A program made the translations under genes and the position numbers. Shown here in pieces: positions 47,451 to 58,827 of a DNA stretch of 64,000 nucleotides. Source of the stretch: Thalia democratica (lineage: Eukaryota). Location of the stretch: NCBI GenBank assembly GCA_965202585.1, contig OZ241829.1, positions 58,962,001 to 59,026,000 of the forward strand, read 5' to 3'. Under the pieces are notes generated by a model. That model was not told the origin of the DNA and made no database searches. It saw only the letters and a program-made list of their open reading frames with translations. Positions within the stretch are counted from its first letter, which is position 1, and each line of letters begins with the position of its first letter.

Positions 47451-49084
47451 GCAAGTTGTGATGAAATCCTCACCCTAGACAATTGATTCTAGCAGCTATC
47501 ATCTGAGCTTCAACTAAAAAGACTGTAACTACTTATTACATTCTAGTTTTATAAAAATATCCATTCATATATTTATTATACAGCTAATTAAAAGATCTAT
47601 CGTTTTTTGTTTTGCTTTTTCTCAAAAAATATTTCTCACGTTTTTATTTAAAGTATTTTTTTGTTTTATTTTTGCATAGTGATACGTTTTTCAAACCTGA
47701 AAGTTTGTTTGTTTTTATTTTCAATATTTATCTGCTACATATATTTAAAACTTTAAAGTATAGTTTTATTTTCTCCGATACTCTAGAATTTTTGTGCTTT
47801 TTTATTTATTTTCAACTTAATAAAATATTCTGCCTGTCTGTATTGTGTTTTTTAATATTTTTATTTACAAAATTAGTTATGACATTACACACCCTGTGGG
47901 TAAATTTTACTTCTGAAAATGTACTTTTAAATGCATGTATTAAGTGAAAGTTTTTTTTTACAAATTTCTGTTTACTACAATAACTAACTGAAATCAATTA
48001 ATGGTTCAACTAGTTTATCACACCAAACACTTATATATTTGAATATTCTAGAGTCCAGACCCCTTAAAAACCCCTTAACTGCTTAAAGCAGGGTCGGATT
48101 TAAACTAACTTCTTCAAGCCTGTGAAACCGCTGAAAAATAAATTATACATTTAAAACGTTTTTTAATTTTGATTATGTTAATAAATTTTTTATAACTCTT
48201 TAACTATTTTTTTAATAATCAAAATTAAAATTCAAAGTCTAAAACAACATGTAAACATTAGAGATAACATCAACTTAGTTCTGTGCAGTGCATAGCTCGG
48301 AAACAGCTGAAACTAGTTTCGAATTTAAAAGCATATATGATGTCATTATAAAGTAGAATTATTTTGCATAAAAACTTGAATTCTAAATATACTTGTATAA
48401 GTAAAAAACAAAGTTATAAACTATTTTGAACTACAATTTTACTTTGAGTTACATAGTTATAAAAGTAGCAATACAATTATTTACTTGTAGAAAATAAGTA
48501 TATGTGAAGCAATTTTTTTTTAAGTCTACAGTATTTGAAAATAAAGTTGTTTAAAAACAGTTTTCAGCCTGTTTTTTAGGATTTTTATTTATTACTGAAG
48601 CTTTTATTTGTAGTTTACTAAAACCTGACCATTTTACTTCAATCAGTTGTCCAAAACACTAGTTTAGTGAAATTTTAACATATTTTTAATTAAAGATGCT
48701 TTTATAACAATAATACAAAAATTAGTATTATTTTCATCGTTACTTTTAAAACTATAATAAGTAAGTTTAGTTAATTTATACAAAACAATTTTAGTTTTCA
48801 AGTTTTACATAATAGTTATTGTCTAATAACTTATAGTAATTTATTGTTTTTTGGTTACTGTTTTAAAATTTTTTTCCAATTATTAATATTTACTAACACT
48901 TTCAACTAATTCAACAAACATTAGTATTTTATTATTTTTAATTCTTACCACTAACTTATAATTTCTTTTTTCTTAAATTTTTACCAATAATAAATACCTT
49001 ACCTACTAACAGTTTTAAATTTAAAATAAATAGTTAATTTAGAGTTTTTTAGTACATTTATCAAACTTATAAACTATTTAGCGA

Positions 49085-49657
49085 AACATAAACGTTGTCT
49101 AGCGAGCAGGAGAAGAAAATCAACAACTTCCGCCTACAATGCCTCCGTCGCACCCTTGGAAATTGCGTGGCAGCAAGATATCACCAACGAGTAAGCCTTG
49201 AGACATACTAGTCTTAGCACCATGTACTTTTATTTCAGTCTACGCAAGCTTTTCAGGCTCGGTAATGTTCTAAGGATGGTTGAACAGCGAATCCCAAAGT
49301 CTCTGTTTTTTAGCGAGTTGGTCGTTGGCAAACCCAACCGTGGTCGTCCGAAATTACGTTTTGAGGACGTGTGAAAGCGCGATTTAAAAAGCTTGAATAT
49401 ATGAGTTGATGAGTGGGATTTGCTTACAAACGACCACGTCAAATGGTGATCTACTATACACAAAAGACTGAAAGAAAGAGAAAACAATACTTTAAGAAAC
49501 AGAAACCGAAGCAGACGAAGAAATGAAAAGCAAAATGACTTTTCTCTATTTGTATTTATTATTTTTTGTTTTTTTTTTAAATATCTGTGTTTATATTTTT
49601 TTTTCTATGCACAAAACGCATGGCCAACTTCGGTTGATAGCGGGCCTATTATTATTT
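49085..49657 (+). mobile_element. 5'-truncated degenerate RTE-clade LINE (C-terminal ORF remnant + 3' UTR/TAT tail)
   Basis: EKKINNFRLQCLRRTL / AWQQDITNE / RLGNVLRMVEQRIPKSLFFSELVVGKPNRGRPKLRFEDV*KRDLKSLNI, typical of the post-RT region of RTE elements; several stops; ends CCTATTATTATT. Confidence 0.78.
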
Positions 49658-51667
49658 TAAACTTAAGTTTTAGCTGATAGTTAATTTCTGCCAACACTAT
49701 CCTCTATATCATTTTTTCAGATTAATTTATACTGATTAACTAATTGAGCAAGGAGCTGTTTGTATTTGTATGTTTTTAGGATATTAAAGTACAAAAAACG
49801 GACTAAAAATATAAATAATTATCATTTGTGTATATGTAGACCCTTATATAAGTTTATTAAGTCTTTTATAAAAGTTTGAAATTACATATTCTCCATAATT
49901 AAAAGAGTAAAATATGTGCTACCTAACTTTAAAAAGCCAAGAACTTTCCGCCCCTGGCTTTAAAATATGTAACAACAACAAAACAGTTGTCAAGTTAATA
50001 CTGTTTGGTATTAAAATACTGAACTAAAGTCTTAAACTTAGTACGTTTAAATGTTATTATTCTAGGTAACGTTTTTGAAATTTTTTTTATAAACGTTTAG
50101 ACCTAATTTAAAACTTTAAAATTAATTCGTTTAATAAGGTTGTAAGTTATTAAGTATTCAATTAACATTAAAACAATAGTTTTCTTTTATAAAAACTTTT
50201 CATCAAAAAAAAATCTTAGAAACAAAATTGATTTAAATAGAGAGTCATAACCTTATGTATATAAAATATAAAAATGAAATTAACTCTATTTCGAAAGCTT
50301 ACGAGGTTATGTTTTGTGTTTGCTTTTAATTTCTTTCTATTTTTGTACTAAGTAAATTTAAAAATTTTACTACATAAAGGTAAGAAAAATGGCTTGCTTA
50401 ACATTGAAAAATAACTTTTAATTAATTATAAATCAAAAAATTAGAAAGGCAGAGCTTATAGCTAAATTAACCAATAATTTTCGTTTTATTTGTTAAAATC
50501 AATTTTTAAACGTAATAGATTTTTTAACAGTTTAATAGTCTATAAAAAGTTTAATATTAAAAACCCATCAGATTTTAATTGTAAAAATCAATAGATTATG
50601 AATATTTTTGTTTAAGTTTTTATCTTTAGTAGTTTTTTATTTTCAAAACAACTTTTTTTTTCTTTTATTAAAAACTTATTTAGTAAAATCGCTTATATTA
50701 AGCTCAAATTTGTTTTAATTCACTCTTTTTAAAAAATATGCCTTCATCTAAAAACACTACAAAACAAATACTCAAACCACTTTTAAAGCATATTGTTTTG
50801 AACAATTGAATTATAAAGTTGATACTATTTGTACATGGTTATTATTTGAGGTCAACTGTTTCCGTTGGTTTATATAGTATTTTTAAGTTGTATTTTAATT
50901 TCTCAGTCAAGTTTTTTTTTCAACATGACAAATAATTAGGTAAATGAGATTGATTTATTTTTCTCCTTTTGCTATGCATACATTGGACTATAAAGTTGGT
51001 AGGAAAAAAAGCATTTAAACAAACATTTTTTTGTAACTAAGTTAGCAAACAAGTCTTTCTTTTTTAGATATATAAGGGTTTATCTAAACGAAGAAACATA
51101 ATTTCTATAAGATCTAATATCAAAAGATCATTTCTACTGTTTTCAATTATTATTTTACAGCTTTTACTGCTTAATATTTTCTTTTGTATAGTTCTTTAGT
51201 AGTACGCTGCTGTATAGAAAAAAATTATTTGAATAAATGTCAATAGATACATCGTTTCAATTTTTTTAAAGATATAAATATTTACTGTCGATAGTGTTTC
51301 ACGCAGTTAGGATAGGCAGTTTAAAAGTTTAAGTAAAAACACTGTTGTATGCTGGCCAACGTCCTTTATTTAAATATTTAATAAATCTCAAAATGTAAGT
51401 CAAACAAAATAAAAACTTAACAGAAAAAATAAACAAACTTAAGAATCAAAAAAAAAAATTAAATAAAATTGTACTTCTTTTAGATTTAGGGTTAACATAT
51501 AAGATAGTTAGTGTTATTTAAACCTCACAGTCTTGATTTAGTATTATTTAATTTTTTATGTTAGTACATTTTAAAGATACGAGTTACTTAAAATTATAAA
51601 AGTTTTTAAACAAAACTAAAATTACATACTTCTATTAGTTTTAATTTGATAACTTATCTTTAAAACA

Positions 51668-53662
51668 ATGCAATTGAATATGGCAGTGGAAAGTCAATTA
51701 AATTTTGATGACAGGATGTCTGGTTAGAATTAAAATTAAGTTTTAAAAAATTTATAATACTTTTTTTGTTTACTTTTAGCCTCTTCTGCTAGTACTTTGA
51801 AAACAGTTAACCTTCATTGCAAAGATAGTGATACTGACTTAAGGTAAGCTTTAAGAGCTTTATAAGTATTTTAGTCTAAATAATTTATTTATAGCTTAAT
51901 TGATAGATATTTATATAGTATGTACATTAATTAATCGCAAGTGTATATTACTAATTAATTTCCATTAAAAAATATTCACAAAAATAAAGAAGTCTTCAGA
52001 AAAACACAATTCCATGGATGAATACTATAATTCAACCTCTATCGTATTATAGAATTGAAAACAAATCAAAGGGTCAATTTATCATTTTTAACAACGAGGT
52101 ATGTATATCTAATAAGTTTAACCTTTTTAAGTGCTTAGTAATTTAGTTCTATTTTACGGAGCTTAGAATATGCATATCTAACATAAGCATATATGTATCA
52201 ATAAAGGTTCAAAAAAATTGTTTTGAAAATTAAAATTTTGTAGGTATATCTGAAGTTTAGAACAATGTAAACATAAAACCTAACGAATTTTTTTAATTGT
52301 TAAAGAATATTTTAACACTAAAACTAACTGTTTTCAGAATTTTATTCATGACAAACTTCGATTAGGTACAAAACGTGACCAAATTAGTCTTATTCGAGTT
52401 TCAAAAAAGTTTGGTTTTACAAAGACATCTGTATATCCCGATTACACTACTAACCAAGTAAAACAACAGCTTAAAACTTGTTAGTTTACTTTAATTAAAA
52501 AGAATGTGTTTTATAGTATTTTTTAACGCATAACGTCTAACAACATAGGTTTTATATAATAACTTTCTATAAAAAATTTGAAACAACCAAATGCTTAAAC
52601 TAAAGAGTTGCTAACTTAAGAGAATTTTAGTTTTATGTACTGTAAGCACAGATTCAAGTAAAGATTTTACAAACGAAGACTGCTTAGTTTGCGCTATACT
52701 ATCACACGGAGATAACAATGGTTTTATATCGACCTATGATGGAAAAATTCATCTACAAACATTTTTTGACGCCTTTTCTGACAAGGCTTGTCCAAGTTTA
52801 AAAGGAAAACCAAAAATTTTTGTAGTACAAGTAATTATTTTTTTTAACATTGAAACGGTTTTTTAATTTATAAACACATTTAAAAACCTAAAATTTAAAA
52901 TTTTTGCGTTTTTATTTTTAGTAATAACCAAGTAACAAAATTTTAACTTTATATTTTTTATTAGGCTTGCAGAGGTAATATAAAAGAGAGTTATTGTCAT
53001 ACACCTATTAATAATGATTATTGGGATAGATTAAACCTTAATCATGGCTACAAGCTACCGGAAGATTTTATTGTTGCTTTTTCAACAATTCCAGGTTAGC
53101 TTTAGTAGCTCAACAATTTTTTGTTATTGTTTTTTTTCCTATAACTTAATTTTTTTTCAATTTTTACCATCATTGTACATACTAAGAAAAAATTTAACGT
53201 ATTTCAATTAAAACTTGCTAAATTTAACTCAAGTTAATAGAAAGTTATACCTTAAAAATTTCCTATTACAATTGAAAACTATAAACTAGTACCAATTTAA
53301 ATTTAGGATGTTTATCTTGGAGAAATAAAAAATGTGGGTCATATTTTATTCAGTCATTTTGTGAAGTGGCAAGTAAAAATCCAAATGAAAACTTCAACCA
53401 TGTTAGCTATTTTGTCTAAATCTGGAAGTTTTAAATGTTAAATAAAGTAAGAATATAAAAACTAGTAATAATGGTTTATATAATGAAGTTTTAAGTAGTA
53501 CTAAAACTGTAAATGTTATGATATTTCTAGATATTAACGAAAACAAACAACGAGCTCACTGGAAAGTTACGTAAAAGAATCGGAGAAAAAAAAGCGCAAA
53601 CAGCATGTTTTCAGACTACTCTGACTAAACTATTGAACTTCAATATCAAAAATCATTCTTAG
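51668..53662 (+). CDS. Short-prodomain caspase (caspase-3/7-like, peptidase C14), 8 exons, ~301 aa
   Basis: Exons 51668-51722, 51780-51843, 51990-52098, 52338-52479, 52652-52830, 52965-53094, 53307-53401, 53531-53662 (906 nt). Motifs: YYRIENKSKGQFIIFNNENF, RLGT, CLVCAILSHG (catalytic His), CPSLKGKPKIFVVQACRG (catalytic Cys), DFIVAFSTIPG, SWRNKKCGSYFIQ. The exon 3 and exon 5 acceptors have in-frame alternatives. Confidence 0.9.
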
Positions 53663-56094
53663 AAAAAAAAAATAAGTTAATGTGCTTATTTATTTTGGTG
53701 TCGCTTATAAAAAATACTAGTTATTTTTAACATGTTTCTAATAGTTGTTTGATAAAGCACAAAGGGTCAACATAAAACTTTAAAGCAAAAATTAAAATAC
53801 AAATAATTTTTTGTAACTTTATAAATTAAATATATCAAATTTGTTGAAAAAAACGTTTGCATTTTTAATGAGACAAAATTACACTTATATCAAGCTATTT
53901 ATCAATGTTTTAAAACATACAATGAAAGCTATATTTATCTTTTGTCTTTTGCACTCCACAAAGAACGCTAGGAATATTAATAGATTTATTTGTATTAGCT
54001 TAACTTCTTTGGCTGAGATTGTACTGTTAAGAAAACTAAAACTTTTGTTCATGTAGAAAAACAACCATTGTTTTATTTGTTTTTTAAGGTTATAAGGGAA
54101 TTTTATTTGCGTTGCTACCTAAAGAACTTTTCAAGTTAGTTATTAAACTTAATATTTAAAGTTGTATTTTTTTTTCATGTTGTTTTTTATTGTTTCAAAA
54201 GACTAACAAATTATTTATACTAATATAATAATTATACTAACTGATAATACAAAGATTTTGAAACTTAACCGTAGTTAAGTTTTAAAAATTGAAACAAAAT
54301 AAGACGTAAAGACTATTTAAAAAGGTCTTAAATACCACTAATTATTGTTTTAACTTTAATGTATAGTAACTTTTACGTGTTTAAATTTACAAAAAAAAAC
54401 GCTACTTTTTTGAAAATATACATAATACTTTATAAAAACTACCTTAATTTTAACTTTAGCTTATAAGTTTGGCTAAACTTTGGCAAAAACATAAAATGAT
54501 CATTAAAATTAATTATTTTTCATAATGGTTATGTTACTTATTTTTTGTTTGTATAAAAAAAAACCGAAATATGCTTTTTGAATCTGTACAAAAACTTTAT
54601 AAAGTTAACTTATAATTATAACGTTTGTTAGCCAATTAGATTTTAGTTAGTTTTAGTATAACTTATAATGTTTAATTTTTCTTTAATTCAAAACTATGTA
54701 GCATTTTTTTAATTAATCTGAAGGATTTTAAATTCTATGTGAAATCAATAAACGTGGACAAAACCATTTTTATAATTATAAACTGAAACAAACATGAAGC
54801 TCAAGTCAGTTTTAGAAAACGTTTTAATAGTATTAAAATATTATAAATCAACCTCATAATATACAAAATTTCATTAAAAAATATATTGAAACTAATTATA
54901 TTTTGTTAAATTAAAACTATTTTGTCTTATTTACACAGTAGCACCCAAACTAAAAAAAGAGTTTTTTTAATTTTATTTTTAAACTTACGGCATAAAAAAT
55001 ATTAAGAAATTTTAGATTTTCGAAAGAAACTTTATATCTATCTTCAATAGAAATTATTTTGTTTTGTGCAAAGCCTATTTATTTTGCTTAGATAAAGTTA
55101 CTATAAGTTTTAAAATGTAAAATCATCAGTAAAAACAAAAACAATTAAAGATTACTTTCAAGATTTTTATTTCATAGTTAAAAAAGGGTTTAAAGAATAA
55201 TGTTTAAATAAAACTTTCCAAAACTTTGTTTAAGAAGTTAAATAGTAGCAGTAACAATACTTTACAGCTCTACTCACAAAAAAAAAACTTAAAACAATGT
55301 TATTTCTCTTGTTTTATGCCTTTAACCTGTAAAATTTTAAAGACTACAATAATTTTTGCAGTACTTTATTATATTTATGCATACATTAAAAAGTTAGGTT
55401 AAACAAATTAAAAAATAAAAAAGAATTAAGATATGGCGGTGAATGATCTTTTTATTTATTAAGACAATTTAAGCCGATGTTTCCTTTAAAAACAGCATAA
55501 AGAGTATAAGTTTTTTAGTTTCAAAGACCAGTTTCAGTAAAATATGTTTCTTTTCATTAAAAAACGTTATATTTAAGATAAACATTTAAAAGCTGTAAAA
55601 TCACTAAAACAATTATGTAACAGTTTCAATTTGCTTAACTTTGAGTTAAAAAAAGTTTTATTTTTTAGTAGAAAAATTATAAAGCATAAACATTTTAGAA
55701 AGCTACTTCTTTAATTCTGTTAATTTTAGTTTTAAGAATTTATTAGTTTAGTTATAAAAATTCATTGATATAATCTTGGGCTACAACAATACTTAATTTT
55801 TCAAAAGCTGCACAGATATTTGTTTTATACGAAGTTTCGTTCACTATTTTCATTTTACACGAGCTGGGTCCACTGCAATTTAATAAAACATTTTGTTTAC
55901 ATGTTATCAAAACTTAAACGACTACTAAACTATATTGCCTGTAAAAGATTAAATGGCATCTAGTAAACTGTTTCAAACATTCAAGACGAAATTTGTTAGA
56001 TCTATCATAGAGGATCTGCAATTAGAAGAATTTACTCAATTACTCAAGAAGAAGTCATTACTCAATTTTGGTTAAAAGTAGTGATCGAAAAGAC

Positions 56095-56354
56095 GTCGGC
56101 TGCAGTTCTAAGGTCGCTTCTGATTGGCTAATGTTGTACTTGATTTTAGTTTAAGTAATAAAACTTAGTTTGGTTAATTTGTATATTCGAGTAAAAGGTA
56201 AGTTAGGGATAAGGGTGTAGACTAAAAATATTTGGTAAGATGGGTTAGGGATAAGGGTATATATGTTCTTAATATTCTGCTGTATTACCGTTATACCTCA
56301 TTTTTATAATGTTATGAACAAAACCATTTCTAAAACCTTACAACTGCAGTCGAC
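56095..56354. mobile_element. Putative non-autonomous element with 13-bp inverted repeats and internal TTAGGGATAAGGG repeats
   Basis: GTCGGCTGCAGTT (56095-56107) / AACTGCAGTCGAC (56342-56354); two copies of GTTAGGGATAAGGGT near 56200 and 56245. Confidence 0.45.
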
Positions 56355-56972
56355 CCATCAAAAACCCGATTTTTAGAAAATTTGGCGTCAAATCTACGTT
56401 AAAAATCATTCTAAAATTAAAGTTGTGCTAATTAGCTTAAAAATATTTAAAATTGTTTTAACTCGAGTAAAATTTGGATAGCTCTTTTATTAAAACCAGA
56501 AAATACATAAAAAATAAAGTTATTATTTAGATAATTTTAAAAAACATATTTTAAGTCATTGTTGCTTAAGTTTAACTAAAATTTTCTCTTGTGTTTTTTT
56601 TAATAGATTTATAATAACTTTTGTAGCTGTATGCCTGGTAAAGGTTGTGAAAAATGACTATCAGGGTCTAAAGTATTGAAGATGTAAGTATTTAATCAAA
56701 AAATATTTATGATTACCAAACAAAGCTGAAAATCAAGTCTAAAAAAATATTAATATCTAATACTTATGTTTTCAAACAATTAGTAAGATTTTTGCAAATC
56801 TAATTTCAATGTATTTAAAAAAATAAATTAGTTTGATAGTATAAAACTTCTAGGTTTTTTTTAGATGAAAACTTATTTTTAATTTTCAAATAGTATCTAT
56901 CCACATTTTTATGTATAAATATATAGTTATTTGTCTCAACTAAAAAAGTATAAATAAATGAAATATATAGAA

Positions 56973-57718
56973 CTGGGGTCGGCAGCCTTTTGTAGCTCGA
57001 GGGCTAACTTTCCTTGGAAAAACTGCTCGCGGGCCGAACTATTTTGAAAAAAGTCCTTCGAAAGCCGCATTTATTTAAATAAAGTTAAAGTAATCAGTAG
57101 AAAAATATTATTTCAGATCATAAATACAGGGTTGCCACTCGTTTTTTCAAATTTTTTTCCAGGTTTTTCAAATTTCTTCCAGGTTTTTATAAGTACACAA
57201 TTTTGGGTTTATTTTTTGGTATCAAGTTAATTTCTATTTAAGAAACTGTGTTAAATAGTATAAAAATATTGAAAAGATACTGTAAAGTTACTTTAAATGT
57301 GTTTTTTAATAAAAAAAGTTTTTGATGATGACAAAAAATCTTAATTATATGATAGATATTTTTGTGTCAAATCAATATTTTACAACTGAAAATGTTAAAA
57401 TTATTAAAAATTCCAGGTTTTTTGATCAAAATTCCAGGTTTTTTCAGTTTTTTTTTCAAAAATTCTCAAATTCCAGGTTATTTTAGAATAAAATTTTAAA
57501 TTCCAGGTAAAGTAGCAACCCTGTAAATATAATAAATTAAGCAGAAGTAGAGCACTAGTAAAAAGTATTTTTTAAATTAAGAGCCAACTGTAAGTTTTTG
57601 TTACAAAATCTTTAACTTTTATTATTTAAAAATTTTATTTTTTGGCTGAAAAGGAGCTCGCGGGCCGCAGAGTTTGACTTAGGAGGGCCGCATTTGGCCC
57701 GTAGTTTTCCGACCCCTG
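56973..57718. mobile_element. hAT (Charlie-like) MITE carrying a nested insertion
   Basis: TIRs CTGGGGTCGGCAGC / GTTTTCCGACCCCTG; 8-bp TSD ATATAGAA / ATACAGAA; GCGGGCCGC motifs as in 1824-2045. Confidence 0.8.
57127..57523. mobile_element. Nested hAT-type MITE (CAGGGTTGC TIRs)
   Basis: CAGGGTTGCCAC / GTAGCAACCCTG; internal TTCCAGGT repeats; flanked by the direct repeat TAAATA. Confidence 0.8.
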
Positions 57719-58827
57719 ATACAGAACAAAGCGTGAGTAGTAAATGGACCATACTTTGAAACTTATACTAGATATTAATTAAGTTTACGGTGAAGAGAAA
57801 AAATGTTAGGCGTATTTAAGGGTTGTTTTGAAACTTATATTAGACCAGGAGCCATAAGCTGCAAAGGCAGTAATTAAAAACTTATACTAGATATAATGTA
57901 GTCGATAATGAAGAAAAAGGTCTTTGGCGTGTTTAAAACTAGTTTTTGAGAGAGGGGGACACAGCTTTTTTTATTTCTTCAAAGGGGGCCTTATGAAAAA
58001 ACGTTTGGGAAATCTTGGATTAAACTAATCAACTATTTGAATTTAAATTATATATCTTTATTTACTCTGCTCATTTTTAACTATATATATGCTAAAAAAG
58101 TTAAGTTTTTAGATGAGTTTTTTTAATTAAGACAAAAATAACATTTTTGGCCAAACATTGTTTTATCAGCCATTATAACTTGCAAGTAAGACTCAAGCTT
58201 TTTTACAGTAGTTTTATACTATTGTAAAACAAATATAGTGTTACAATTTTTTAATATGGAAAATACTAATTAATTAATAAGTTTATAATTAAGTTTATAG
58301 AAGTTGAAACTTTTTTAACAATTTTAACTATTTAGTTTTAAAAAATATTATTACATCGAACTATAGAGCTGTTTTCTTGAAAAACTACACAAACATATTG
58401 TTTTCTCTTTTATTACGATATAACTTTAATTGTTAAATATTTGTTTTTACTAATTTATTGAAGTTGTAAAGTAAAATAAAATTCAATATTTTTTTTTATT
58501 CAACAATAAACGTAAAAAAAAATTTATGGTTAAATACCAATTAAAACTAGAATAAGATTTAATAACTAGAACAAACATATTAATATATTATGAATACTTA
58601 TTTAAAAATTACAAGTAAAATATTAAAAAGTGCATTTCTTTGTTTACACGATCAATAATTTCTCAAATACACTAACTTAATTTATGTCAATTTTGTAACA
58701 ACTCTTAAATTTGTAAAATAAAAAAAATCAACTTATTATCTAACAGTATATAGCTACATTGGATAGTTAAAAATAATTTTTAAGACTTAATAAAAACTTG
58801 ATCATTAATATTAATTAATTTATATAT

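Noticed and set aside
47612-47947. Phe/Leu-rich 111-aa ORF as a transmembrane exon of the giant gene
   Set aside because: It is T-rich low-complexity sequence at background GC with a TTG start, and lies downstream of the in-frame stop at 47450. The hydrophobicity follows from base composition.
49230-49487. 85-aa minus-strand ORF
   Set aside because: Antisense of the RTE LINE remnant.
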